Source of the DNA: Octopus bimaculoides
Taxonomy: Eukaryota
Reading direction: 5' to 3'
Length of the DNA: 33,791 nt
NCBI RefSeq assembly: GCF_001194135.2
Contig: NC_068986.1
Coordinates: 72,296,516-72,330,306 of the forward strand
The position numbers and the translations under genes were made by a program. Of the stretch, positions 20,355-31,986 are shown in pieces; position 1 is the first letter of the stretch, and every line of letters begins with the position of its first letter. Below the pieces are notes generated by a model that saw only the letters and a list, made by a program, of their open reading frames with translations, had not been told where the DNA came from and ran no database searches.

Positions 20355-22050
20355 GTGATAAAGCAGTTAAGCAATGGAAGTAGGGAAAGCTCCTAGACTA
20401 TCATGAATTGCTGCTGGTATGCTTAACATATTTAATGGTACAATTTACAATCTAGTCACTCATATAGTCAATCAAGCTGTACAGGAAAGTATCATACCCA
20501 GTGACTGATGTAGCAGCATAGTAATCAACTGTTACAGGGGTAAAGGAGATGTTTTAGAGAGAGGTAATTAAAGAAGTATTAAATTGTTGGATCAGATCAT
20601 GAAAGTTATGAAAAGAGTCATAGCTCTATTAATTAGAGAAAGAATTAGACTATGTGGGATACAATTTAGTTTTGTACCTGGAAAATGTACTACCAGTCAT
20701 CGTCAACTTATGACCGGTCAACTTATGACCGGTCAACTTTACAATGATTGGTGAGCCAGCTCCCGACAGCAATAATAAATAGTCTAGTTGAAATCTAATG
20801 GGTTTAATTTCTTAGAAATTAACCCATCTATGGATGATATCAGCTAACAAATGCTTCCCTGGGTTTGGTTATCAATTACCACTGTGTTGGATGACTATCC
20901 TGTCACAGAGACATCAAAACTTCGTATTTGTTTACAAGACAACTGCTTGAGACACCAAAATTTTTTTGCTAATGCCAGTATAAAAGTATAATACAGAATG
21001 CTGTGCATAACTTTTATCTAAGAATGTAACTTAAGAATGTAAAAATATAAAACAAAGTTATGCAGGCCTATAGACCGACTTACGACCAAATCAACTTACA
21101 ACCAGTCAGTCGGAATCAATTGTGGTTGTAAGTCAATGACGACCCGTATTGATGCCTCTGGGTAAGACAACTGCTGAAGTACTTGGCTAAAGTAAGCTGT
21201 TGTACTTAGCATTCACTGACCTGGAGAATACCTTCAACAGCTTACCTTGCTCTGAGATCTGGTGGTCACTGACGAAGCTAGGGGTAAATGAATGGCATAT
21301 GACAGCCATATAAGCTATGTATAGAGGTCCTGCCACTAAGATGAGAGTTAACGATCAGTATAGTGACAAATTTCATGTGCAGGTATAAGTTTATCTGGGC
21401 TTGGTTCTTAGTCCCCTCTTATTCCTCATTGTCCTTCAGGTTATAACAGAGGACAATAAGTCTTGTTGCTTGTGGGAACTGCTATATGTGATGACCTTGT
21501 TCTTATAGCTGAATCAGTAGTAGAATTAGGAAAGAAATTCTAATGTTCAAGGCAAAACTCTGCTTCAATCAGGCAAATTGCCTTACACAATATGCAGTAA
21601 AGGAGTGGGTAGAAATTCCATATGGTGTAGCCAACGCATGCTGCGAACACATGAGAGACGCAGTGGAGTCATGAGCAGCTGAACAGAGAAAGTAGACTTT
21701 GTATGTGGCAGATGTGCAGGAGCAATAAACAGTAAGAGCATGTAGGAAATAGATTTTCTCAAATGCCCAGGAGGATCCCTAGAGGTAGTAGATAACTGAT
21801 GTTATGTAGGTAACCTTATAAGCAGTAAAGGAGGTTGTTCTGTAGGTATAGTTGCTAGAATTAAAACAAGCTGGAAAAAAAGTTCTATTTGTAATAAAAG
21901 GTTTCTCCCCCAGAACAAAAGACAGATTGTATGATGATTGTGTATGAACAACAATGCTCCATGTTAATGATACATGGGCCCTGAATGCTGGGGACATGTG
22001 AAGATTAGAAAGAAACTAAGCTAGTATATTCTGTTGGGTGTGTAGTGTCT
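20355..22050 (+). mobile_element. Decayed RTE-clade LINE reverse-transcriptase region
   Basis: Motifs GKAP, LVTHIVNQ, GKGDVLER, IKLLDQIMKVMKRVIA, QFSFVPGKCT|IDA, LAFTDLE, LSPLLF, WELLY-(1-nt deletion at ~21488)-DDLVLIAES; stops and frameshifts throughout. Confidence 0.9.
20693..21146. mobile_element. Tigger/pogo-type MITE inserted into the RTE RT
   Basis: TA duplication (20691-20692, 21147-21148); imperfect 23-bp TIR ccagtcatcgtcaacttatgacc / rc cgggtcgtcattgacttacaacc; removing it restores gga aaa tgt act att gat gcc (GKCTIDA). Confidence 0.85.
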
Positions 22051-22528
22051 TGTGCTTGAACAACAAAGAGTAATTTTGATGTTAATACACATACACATAT
22101 ATGCACACACACACACACACACACACACGCACATGCACGCGTGCATGCACATGTGTGTGCAGGCATGGCAATGTTCTTGAAAACTTGAAGTATATAATAT
22201 TTATTTGAATGATTGTATATTTGTATAAACATTTTTCTTATTAAGTTCATTATCTAGTCAAAAAAAGTTTAGATTTCTTAAGTTAATTTTCTGATATCAG
22301 ATAGATGAGAAATAAATCCATCCTTTGGTAGGACACCAGTCTGTTGCACTTGATATTTCCAGTATATATGGTATATACTTTCTATAATTATATAAATTGA
22401 TTGAAGAGAAGCTCACAGATTGCCTAATCTAGAGATAATAGCTAAAAGGAGTGGACACAGGAACAGGTATACTTATATGTAAAGCATTCTTCCATTTTTA
22501 ATCATTTTTTTTTTCATTTGTTTGGCAG

Positions 22529-22645
22529 GAGAAAGGACAGTGCCTATGGCTCTCTTTTATAGCTTCTGAGACTAGAAGGGTGAAAGAAGGCAGAGCAGTT
22601 CCCATGATCTCTTTCTGGGTCTATGAGCCTGATGGAAAGAAAATA
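22529..22645 (+). CDS. Candidate 117-nt phase-0/0 exon (EKGQCLWLSFIASETRRVKEGRAVPMISFWVYEPDGKKI)
   Basis: Strong acceptor ttttttttttcatttgtttggcag; donor ATA|gtaagt; length divisible by 3; only the phase-0 frame is open; no resemblance to the repeats I recognised. Confidence 0.45.
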
Positions 22646-23560
22646 GTAAGTTATCCTCTGAAGGAGACCTGGATACATGCAATAAAGTAGATGCCTCTAA
22701 AGATACTCAAGAATCATGTGGTGGTATTAAACAAATTAAATTTACTATGTAATTTTACTTTCATAGAGACAATGATACATACACATACATATACATTCAT
22801 GCACACAATATAAAATTCCATAAACTAAACTAAGTTAATAAGTTCATGTACTATTTAGTTCTGAAGAATCAGGTTGGGCTTTTCTTTGAAAAAATGAGAA
22901 ACAAATAAATAATGACTGTTCATACAGTTCTAAATACAGTACACTACAGTTCAACTAATCTAGTACCCATGAAACCTGAGTGGTTCTGAATTATCAAATA
23001 TATTGGTATATTGGAAATCTTAAAAAGCAACACAATCTGCATTACAAGAACAACATAATTACATTGCTAAACAAGAGCTGTTGTAAGTCTGTCTGTATTA
23101 AGTTTAAAGACAGCAGGACTTTACTTATTTTCAATAGCCAGAGTTACATATAGTAAACACATGTAGGAAAGTCCTTTCATCTATATCATGAATGTTTAAA
23201 GGAATTAAATCCTGATTTTTAACCATGTCATCAAATATGCAACTGCATTTTTCAACAACTACAATATCTTCCAAACTCTTTGCACTGGACAAATTAAGTT
23301 TCCAAATACCATGTTATATTCTCAAGTTTCTAACTCATTCAAATGAAAACATACAAACTTCAAAAATATCCTGTCTTTGTGAAACTGTTTGACCTTTTCA
23401 ATGACTATTCTCCATGAAATTGGCATAGTCATGAGTCACTTCATTCTAAACCAATAAAATCATTTAACCTACTTAAGTAACATTGCATCTAGTTCTGAAA
23501 GTTTTGATTTTTTTTAGAAAAATATTTTCTATATATATTTCTATATATTTTCCATATAGT

Positions 23561-23885
23561 CACAGGCATGGCTGTGTGGTGAGAAGTTTGCTTCCCAACA
23601 ACATAGTTCTGGATTTAGTCCTTGGGCTGATCAATGCCTTGTGAGTGGATCTAGTGCATGAAAACTGAAGAAAGCCCATCATGTGTGTGTGTGTGTGTTT
23701 GTCCCCCCCACCACCACCACCGCTAGACAACTTTAACTTAATGGTTCAGCATAAGAGACAGATAGAATAAGTATCGGGCTTAAAAAAATAAGTACAGGGG
23801 TCAATTCATTTGACTAAAAATTCTTGAAGGTAGTGCCCCAGTATGGCCACAGTCTAATGATTGAAACACAGGAGGTAAAAGATAG
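23561..23885 (+). mobile_element. SINE family A nested in the Tigger relic
   Basis: cacaggcatggctgtgtggtgagaagtttgcttcccaac...cagtatggccacagtctaatgattgaaac. Confidence 0.85.
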
Positions 23886-23953
23886 AATACATCATCTTTA
23901 GTTGTCTCTGAATCAACCATAAATTGCACTAACTGATCCTTTTGTTTCTTAAA

Positions 23954-24176
23954 CCCTTTGGCGTTCATATTAGTTTGTCAAATGTAATACTTATTTATTC
24001 ACATTTGTTTTGAATTAATCATCCATTGTCATGCAGCTTTAAGATTTTGATGATGTGATTGTTTTCTTTTTGCCTGACATTGTAGGGTAGATGTGAGAGA
24101 CTGGATTTGGTCAGTTTGAACATAAAACAAATAGCACATTTTGACTGGATATGGCTGGTTTAAATGTTAAAAAGGT
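23954..24176. mobile_element. piggyBac-type MITE, second (more diverged) copy, nested in the Tigger relic
   Basis: Colinear with 3086-3306 (ccctt...tgttttgaattaatcat...ggatatggctggtttaaa...aaaggtta). Confidence 0.8.
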
Positions 24177-24777
24177 TACTCTAATAAATCATTGAAGAAT
24201 TTATTCACACATGACAGTGTGCAGATTTTTACATCTTTTCAAGAGCTGAACTGTATTACTTTTCTGGAATAGTGTTAGAGTTACATACTTTCTTTTTACA
24301 CACTTCTCAAATAAGTTAATCTTATGAACACTTGAAAACACTTTCATTAATGGATGGGTAATAGATAAGTAGATAAAAGCAGATGCAAAACACTTCGATG
24401 CAGGGCAGTGTTCTTTTTCAACTTGAGTGTTAATAATGGTTGACTGACATTGTAACCAAGTGGCAGTGCTTAGGAAGAAAAAAAATTGTTGATTTGCAAA
24501 AAATTGATGGACAGTCAGGTGTAACAAGTATTGGATGCTGGATTAATAGAACTTTACTGTACAGGGATTAGTGAGACAAACAGTTCATCTTTCATTAAGT
24601 CCAGACTAGAGAAAGCTTGTCAATAGACTTAGAAGTAAGTTGTCATAGCAACTGCTTAATAAGTTATGGCACATGATGAATGAATATATTCTACAAATTG
24701 ATTGTCTGAAATAATAATGGAAATATTTATTCATTCATAACTTTCCCACCACTTTCTCCATATGTATATTTATATAT

Positions 24778-24778
24778 T

Positions 24779-24816
<38 letters not shown>

Positions 24817-24915
24817 CATACTCGCAGACTCATACATATATGTACATATATGTATGTTGGGATATATACTTATGTATTACAGTGTATAAATGTATATGGG
24901 TGTACATAAGTATGT
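24778..24915. repeat. (CA)n/(TA)n/(TATG) low-complexity tract
   Basis: Direct reading. Confidence 0.85.
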
Positions 24916-25077
24916 ATGTCAATTTGAAAACTGACATACAAATTATTTAAAAATGAAGAAGTAAAAGATGAGCTTTTGAATATCAATTAAATTCACTCGT
25001 TAAAATATTTGTTACTAATTAACTTTAATTACAATTTCAATAAACAGTCATGACTGCCAGTAATGAGAGACTAACAT

Positions 25078-25165
25078 ATATTGAGTTAATGAACACTTTG
25101 CAACTATAGCAACAAAATAATATATTGAGTTAGTGAACACTTTGTAATTACAGCAACAGACTAAT
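25078..25165. repeat. Two-copy ~44-bp tandem repeat
   Basis: atattgagtta(a/g)tgaacactttg(c/t)aa(c/t)ta(t/c)agcaaca twice. Confidence 0.8.
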
Positions 25166-25689
25166 AAAAGCAACCTCAGTTACTAATTCATTGAAACTAT
25201 GATAAGGTGCTTCACTTTACTTGTATCTGCAGTAAGAATAAAAGCATTTATATAATAGCTTGTCAACAAAAAAAAAGTGACCTAATTCTATCCTTACTAC
25301 TCTAAGGATTGAAATATTTATATAGAAAATATATTCTTATATATGCAGTCTCTTATATATCCTGTTAGTAATCAATAACATTGAGGAGAATGAAAACTGA
25401 ATGCATATTTTTTCTTTATTCCAAGTCTTGTATACTTTTGTGATTTTATTTGTTTTAGCGAGTAGTTTTTCTTGGGAATCTACTCCATAATAGCTCTTGT
25501 TAGTTTGGGTTATGTTGTTGTAGATGCTCTTTAACTCCAGATTAATCCTGATCTAAGAGACATATGATCAAAAGCATTCTAGTAATAACTATTGGGTCTT
25601 TTTTTTTTTTTTTGACAGCATTCTATCTTATGTCGACTGTTGTATCTAACCTTCATAGGACTTGGGGTAGGGAACACATTATGAACAAT

Positions 25690-26260
25690 GAGAGCAGGAG
25701 CTAAGTGAGTTAGGAGAGCTTAAGTGTATATGGATGGGGTCCAGCTTGCTCCAAGCAGTAGTGGTATTTAATCTGTCTGTAAAAAAGTTGGTGAGAAGAT
25801 AGCATGTCGGAAAGCCAAAAAATTGGAGTGTGTTTGTTAGTGACTGCATAGTAATCATTCAAATGACTTTTGAGTGGTCTAGACTGTCTGTGTGTGCAGC
25901 TATAACACTTTTCTAGATATGAGAATAACACTTATTTGTAGGTCTTGCCTGTACTTTGTAGAAGTTTAGAATTTGTTTAGAAAAGGTGGTGAAGTATTTT
26001 TCAGCTCTGAAAAAGAAAAACTATCTTCGAAATAATGTTTTGCTATGTTGTGAGCAAGCATTTGCCCAGAGAGAAATCCTCAGTGTTGGTGAGATCTAGC
26101 ATTTGAGGCAATCATGAGGGTTCTAACTGTATCTTCATTGGTTTTTGTAATGTTTTCTGACATATGTAATGATTTTGTCTTTGTACTGCTGAAGGTGACA
26201 AATTGGGAACAATCCAATTGAAGAATGTTTTCGAGGTTTCTGTTCATGGAGCCAGTACAG
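25690..26260 (-). mobile_element. Highly decayed Penelope-like fragment (RT tail plus GIY-YIG)
   Basis: Minus-strand SLH..SE...TVRTLM, ISVI, CYSC..RQSRPLKSHLND resemble PLE YLH...SVVRTL, SGVIY, CxxC..YIGQTxRPLKxRLxEH. Confidence 0.45.
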
Positions 26261-26271
26261 ATTTCATATGA

Positions 26272-26660
26272 GAGTCTAGGCTGCATTGGTTTTGTGGCTA
26301 TTCCAGACACCCGTGGACTCACTGCCCTGCGGAGAAAGCAGTCTGTCGCAAATGTCGAAAAATAGGGCATTTTGGCAAACTATGTAGGAGCAACGCAGCA
26401 AGTGTAACACAGGATGATGGTAAATATAATTTGCCATTGGCAGTATCAGCATCAGCAGGTTCAGCCTTCCGAGTAACCTCTATGGTTATACTGAACAATA
26501 GCTACAGAGCTGAAACATTAATTGATAGTGGTAGCACTGACAAGAGCTTCATCAGTGAGAAGTTAGTGAACACCCTCAACATCAAGATGGTCAAATTGAA
26601 GAACGTCATTGGTATGGCTTCTGCATCTCTTTCTGTGTCATTGGTATGGCTTCTGCATCT
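26272..26660 (+). mobile_element. Ty3/gypsy-type fragment: Gag zinc knuckles fused in frame to an aspartic protease
   Basis: Open frame after the stop at 26269-26271: WFCGYSRHPWTHCPA, CRKCRKIGHFGKLC (CX2CX4HX4C, 26344-26385), ETLIDSGSTDKSFIS. It breaks off at a 24-bp direct duplication (26605-26628 / 26637-26660). Confidence 0.9.
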
Positions 26661-28176
26661 ATTTCCAAGTGTTTTTAAAAGGAATTGTCAAAATTTTGAA
26701 CCATTTGCACACTTTGTTAACAGCTCTCTGAAATTTCTTCTGTGCTTGTATCTTTCCTACAAGTATCAACTTGTTGCAATTTAAACAAAACATAAATAGC
26801 ACCAATCTCATTGCTTTCAGAGGGCCTACAAAATCCATGACTACTTCTCCTCCTCCAGATTTGGCAAGTAAAAGAAATAAAGTCTATGGGCTTTGAATCT
26901 ACTCTTTAAATTGATTCAAATAATGTCCACTTCCACACAGCTTTTTATTCCCATTGCTATGTACTTTTAAAATAATTTACACTACCAAATCTAAAATTAG
27001 AGCCAAAAATTACAAACTGTTGTAACAATTGCTAATTCTCCTTTCTGCTCTCACTTAGATCTCTTTCAACTAACATTCACTTATCTTTATTATTTATTTT
27101 CCTACCAGATTCTTCCAAAACATTTTCAGTTATCCTTTCCAGAAAGCTATCTGACTGAAACTTGCTCACTATTCATTTGTGCAGTATTTTCATTATTAAT
27201 CTTCTTTATTTAAACATGAACCTCATTCACATGACCAAGTCATCCTAACCTGCAAGTTTAGGACAAACTAAAGAAGATTAACACATTCTTTCTCCAATAA
27301 CAAATAAAAAAAGTATTAACAGTATTTAATGCTATTTCTACTTATTGTCTGACATATCATAAGAGCTATTTTCATAGCTAATTTAATCTATAGGTATTAA
27401 TCCATTTCTGTTAGCTCACTGAATGCACTCTACCTTTACATTATCTTTGTGAACATTCATCAAGAGCTTGTAAAATGCATTCAGTTCACATCCTCCCTAT
27501 ATTACTGTATCATTTTAGGCTATTCATCTTGTAAAATGTGTAGATTACTACACCCTTAATAGTAAATGACTGGAATGTATCAAATCCTTTTGTACTTATA
27601 TTTTTAGAAACCCATTACTTATCAGTTTTAATAAAGTTAAAGTGTATATTAGTAATGCAATAAGGAATGTATATTATGATATATGCTGGTGTATAAGATA
27701 TGCTTTTTATTCTTGAATGTAACAAAAATTTGCCATGCATTTAATACGTCTGTATCATGGATAGGATATTGAATGTATGAATATATGATGAAATGTACTA
27801 AATTTGTTTTTTTCCACAAAATAAACTTCTTTGCCACAAAATGTAGGATTTGTCATATGCAAGAGTACATCTTATACACCAACAAATACAGTAATTGTTA
27901 TGGTACTAATTAGTAGACATTAATCTTATTCAATTTTCACATATTCTACATTATTTTAAATGTGATATATTGTCTCTTGAAGATTCTATATCAGTATCTC
28001 AAACAAAATCTTCTTTTATTAATCCTCATAATCTATTACTCTGAACAGATTATTAATCTCTTCTTATATATCAAAGTTAAGAAAATTCAACATAACATAT
28101 ATTTTCCTATGAATTAATATGATAACTGAATACAAAATGTGCAAGTGGACAAAGAGAGATTTTAGGTTATGACAAG

Positions 28177-28177
<1 letters not shown>

Positions 28178-28221
<44 letters not shown>

Positions 28222-28651
28222 NNNNNNNNNNNNNNNNNNNNNNNNNNNNNNNNNNNNNNNNNNNNNNNNNNNNNNNNNNNNNNNNNNNNNNNNNNNNNNN
28301 NNNNNNNNNNNNNNNNNNNNNNNNNNNNNNNNNNNNNNNNNNNNNNNNNNNNNNNNNNNNNNNNNNNNNNNNNNNNNNNNNNNNNNNNNNNNNNNNNNNN
28401 NNNNNNNNNNNNNNNNNNNNNNNNNNNNNNNNNNNNNNNNNNNNNNNNNNNNNNNNNNNNNNNNNNNNNNNNNNNNNNNNNNNNNNNNNNNNNNNNNNNN
28501 NNNNNNNNNNNNNNNNNNNNNNNNNNNNNNNNNNNNNNNNNNNNNNNNNNNNNNNNNNNNNNNNNNNNNNNNNNNNNNNNNNNNNNNNNNNNNNNNNNNN
28601 NNNNNNNNNNNNNNNNNNNNNNNNNNNNNNNNNNNATATATATATATATAA
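28178..28651. other. (TG)n - assembly gap (N 28222-28635) - (TA)n
   Basis: Direct reading. Confidence 0.95.
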
Positions 28652-29340
28652 AAGAATACAAAAAATGGGACAAGAATGCAACGGTCGACAGCAAGACATC
28701 CAGACAGTTAGATGATACAAAAAGGGACAAGAAAAAACAAGGATGGGTCATTCAGAGTTTTCTTTTGTCAGTCAAGTTCTAGATTATCTTTGCAGTTTTG
28801 GCTGGTTATACTCGAGACTGCTCCAATCTGGCCAGCCCCAAGGAAAATCTAAGCTAAGAGCACTAGATTCCTTGGAAGAAAGCAGTGAATGTATACGAAA
28901 ACAAGGACAGAAAAAAAACAGAACTGGTACACAAATACAAATGCAAACAACAGTACATTAACAACAGGTGTCTTTCGACTAAGGATGAATTACATTAAGC
29001 TGGCATGTGTGGAAGTGAAGCCTTATGGCAGTGACATAAGAGATGACAGGCATGGGAAGGAATACAGATGTTGCACGGATGGTAGTTGAACCAAGAAAGA
29101 AAGATCAGGCTTGGCCGAACACCGGTCATGTGGAAAGAGAGGAGAGAAGTAGAGGCAGAGGGATAGAAGAATTAGAGAGGGATGAGAAAAAAGAAAAGGG
29201 ACAGAGTGAAGTGAAAGAGAAGGGAAGGCCAGGAAATGTGAGAGAGGGGGAGCAAAAGAGAGAAGAGTGGAAAGAATGAAGTTAGTGTGAAGGGGCTGAA
29301 AAATGAAAGAAAGAATGAAAGAATAAGAGAGTCGTATAAA

Positions 29341-29910
29341 ATTTATATATATNNNNNNNNNNNNNNNNNNNNNNNNNNNNNNNNNNNNNNNNNNNNNNNN
29401 NNNNNNNNNNNNNNNNNNNNNNNNNNNNNNNNNNNNNNNNNNNNNNNNNNNNNNNNNNNNNNNNNNNNNNNNNNNNNNNNNNNNNNNNNNNNNNNNNNNN
29501 NNNNNNNNNNNNNNNNNNNNNNNNNNNNNNNNNNNNNNNNNNNNNNNNNNNNNNNNNNNNNNNNNNNNNNNNNNNNNNNNNNNNNNNNNNNNNNNNNNNN
29601 NNNNNNNNNNNNNNNNNNNNNNNNNNNNNNNNNNNNNNNNNNNNNNNNNNNNNNNNNNNNNNNNNNNNNNNNNNNNNNNNNNNNNNNNNNNNNNNNNNNN
29701 NNNNNNNNNNNNNNNNNNNNNNNNNNNNNNNNNNNNNNNNNNNNNNNNNNNNNNNNNNNNNNNNNNNNNNNNNNNNNNNNNNNNNNNNNNNNNNNNNNNN
29801 NNNNNNNNNNNNNNNNNNNNNNNNNNNNNNNNNNNNNNNNNNNNNNNNNNNNNNNNNNNNNNNNNNNNNNNNNNNNNNNNNNNNNNNNNNNNNNNNNNNN
29901 NNNNNNNNNN

Positions 29911-29946
<36 letters not shown>
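29341..29946. other. (TA)n flanking an assembly gap (N 29353-29910)
   Basis: Direct reading. Confidence 0.95.
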
Positions 29947-29950
<4 letters not shown>

Positions 29951-29989
29951 TTTGTCTTGCAAGGCTGCTGATGTGAAACTGTGTGTTGA

Positions 29990-30190
29990 ACCAGATGTTG
30001 TATTTTGGGATGGTCATTTTTCGTTTTTTTTACCAAATAAAGATGCGCTTTATATATTCGTTCTTCACTTGTTTATTACTGTTCTTATCTTAACTCATGT
30101 CCACTGTCTGGAAATTTTTCATTACACATCTGTGACCTCTTCCATGACACTTTCCAGCCTCATGTGTGCACCTGTTCTGCTTAGCCCATT
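29990..30190 (-). mobile_element. Second copy of the 17010-17210 repeat
   Basis: ccaaataaa.atgc.c..tatatattc.ttcttcact...atgtcca.tgtctggaaattt...tctgtgacctcttc...cctgttctg.ttagcccattct shared; the hammerhead core is mutated (GGAAGA). Confidence 0.7.
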
Positions 30191-30699
30191 CTGTTATGGA
30201 CTAAGTGGAGCAGGAGCACACATGTGGTCACATGTGTGATGAAAGATTTCATGACAATGGACATAAGTTAGAATAAGAGCAGTAATAAATGAGTAAAGAA
30301 CATACATATAGTGTGTTTATCTGACAAAAAAAAATGACCATATGTATGTATATATATATGTCTATGTATATGTATAAATTTGGCAGAGTTTCTACAGCTG
30401 GATGCCCTTCCTAATATAAGAGATATTCTATCTGTTTGTGTGTTTGTTCATTTGTTTGTCCACCTAAATGAAAGTAAATGTTTCATAAGAAGCTATTATG
30501 CCTTTTCTATATCTCTTATTGTCTTTAATATTTGATATTCAATATTTCATTTATTCAATATAACAATCAATCAATCAATACTTCATTTCATTTTACTATA
30601 CCTACTATATATACTATATATTCTATATCCTACATTAATATTATAAGAATATAAATAAAACATAAAAAACAGAGTTGGAATTCCTTTGAATAATATATA

Positions 30700-30890
30700 T
30701 ATATAAATATATATNNNNNNNNNNNNNNNNNNNNNNNNNNNNNNNNNNNNNNNNNNNNNNNNNNNNNNNNNNNNNNNNNNNNNNNNNNNNNNNNNNNNNN
30801 NNNNNNNNNNNNNNNNNNNNNNNNNNNNNNNNNNNNNNNNNNNNNNNNNNNNNNNNNNNNNNNNNNNNNNNNNNNNNNNNNNNNNNNNNN

Positions 30891-30936
<46 letters not shown>

Positions 30937-30990
30937 GTGTGTGTGTATGTGTTGTGTGTATGTGTTGTGTGTATGTGTTGTGTGTGTTTG
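30700..30990. other. (TA)n - assembly gap (N 30715-30890) - (TG)n/(TGTTGTGTGTA)n
   Basis: Direct reading. Confidence 0.95.
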
Positions 30991-31004
30991 TCAATCTTAG
31001 GTCT

Positions 31005-31708
31005 GCATTAATGGATGCATCCATTATCTTGCAGCCATAGCGCTACTCTGAATGACATAGTCAGAAGGAGCCTTGATGCAGCTGGCTTTCTGTCTCAACT
31101 AGAGCCAATAGGTCTCAACTAGGGACACAGTAAATGCCCCAACAGAATAAATCTCTTCCAATTTGAAGGAGGCAGATCTCTAGTCTGGGGCACAATGGGC
31201 AGTGACACATCCTCTGACTCCAGCTTTGCAGCATCAGCTGCAAACCCAGGTGGAAGAGCGAAAGATTAATAAATACAGGGACCTGACCCACTTCTATCAG
31301 TTTGTGCCAGTAGCCATTGAGACATCAGATGTCCTACCCATATTCTCCACACTTCTGATTTCCTTTATAAAGTAAGGATAATGGTGACCTGTCAGAGAAA
31401 TGAACCCCATAAGATGAAGTGGCTGCTACAGTGAGTGTCGCTGGCCATTCTCCGCAGTAACACCATCATGGTCATTATTGCAAGGCATGACTGAACACAT
31501 CATTTTCTGGGGTATGTGACCTGCTCCTCTCCTTCATATTCTGCTGCTTTTTATCCCATTTTTCTTTTCTTTCTTTTCCTTTCCCATTTCACTTTTCTCC
31601 AGTGTTTCTTTGTATTTGAATGTTATAAATAAATAGTAAACAATTGTCTGTTTACATCTGACATCTCAATACAAAAGAATAAAATAAATAAATAATAAAA
31701 TAAATAAA
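31005..31708 (+). mobile_element. 3' end of a CRE-like non-LTR retrotransposon (restriction-like endonuclease region, 3' UTR, A-rich tail)
   Basis: GMHPLSCSHSA-TLNDIVRRSLDAAGFLSQLEPIGL, GGRSLVW, KINKYRDL...FVPVAIETS, WLLQ*VSLAILRSN; pyrimidine-rich UTR; (aataa/aata)n at ~31676-31708. Confidence 0.75.
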
Positions 31709-31868
31709 TAGATATCTTAGATCTTCCCCAAAGATTTTTAAAATCGTTCTTTATAATGATTATGATGTCACAATATTGTTAACATTTCCCCTGGGATTCG
31801 CTTTCAAAATATCTTCAATCTCTTCCAACTTTTTGCAGTGATTAGAGGCTAGGGAATATGTGAGCCAG

Positions 31869-31986
31869 GGAATAGCAACAGAAAAAAGATGGTATAAACA
31901 CACGCCAGAAAAGGTCACAGAAAACGAGAAAGCAACCATACTCTGGGATATGCCAATACACACAGATAGAGAAATTAAGGCAAATA
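31869..31986 (+). mobile_element. Isolated internal fragment of an R4/Dong-clade LINE
   Basis: Uninterrupted GIATEKRWYKHTPEKVTENEKATILWDMPIHTDREIKAN, matching the WYxHxPxxVxEN..ILWD.xI.TD..I.AN(RPD) region preceding the REL catalytic motif. Confidence 0.8.

Larger units (their letters stand above)
22947..24559 (-). mobile_element. Decayed Tigger/pogo transposon (CENP-B-type HTH region) with two nested insertions
   Basis: Ends ta|cagt... and ...actg|ta. Minus strand: VKRKYVTLTLFQK (~24250-24300), KDQLVQFMVDSE (~23910-23940), KSKLSELDAML, WFRMK*..MPIS..VIEKVKQFH, FSFE*VRNLRI*HGIWKL (~23270-23510). The left TIR position is ambiguous (three tacagt copies at 22923-22950). Confidence 0.7.

Noticed and set aside
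28655-29280. Probable interspersed repeat between two gaps, with ...cgaaag and ctga...gaa motifs on the minus strand
   Set aside because: Single copy in the window, no diagnostic coding motif and no complete hammerhead core; left unclassified.
28064-31024. Longest ORFs in the track (160-337 aa)
   Set aside because: They are long only because they read through N gaps.
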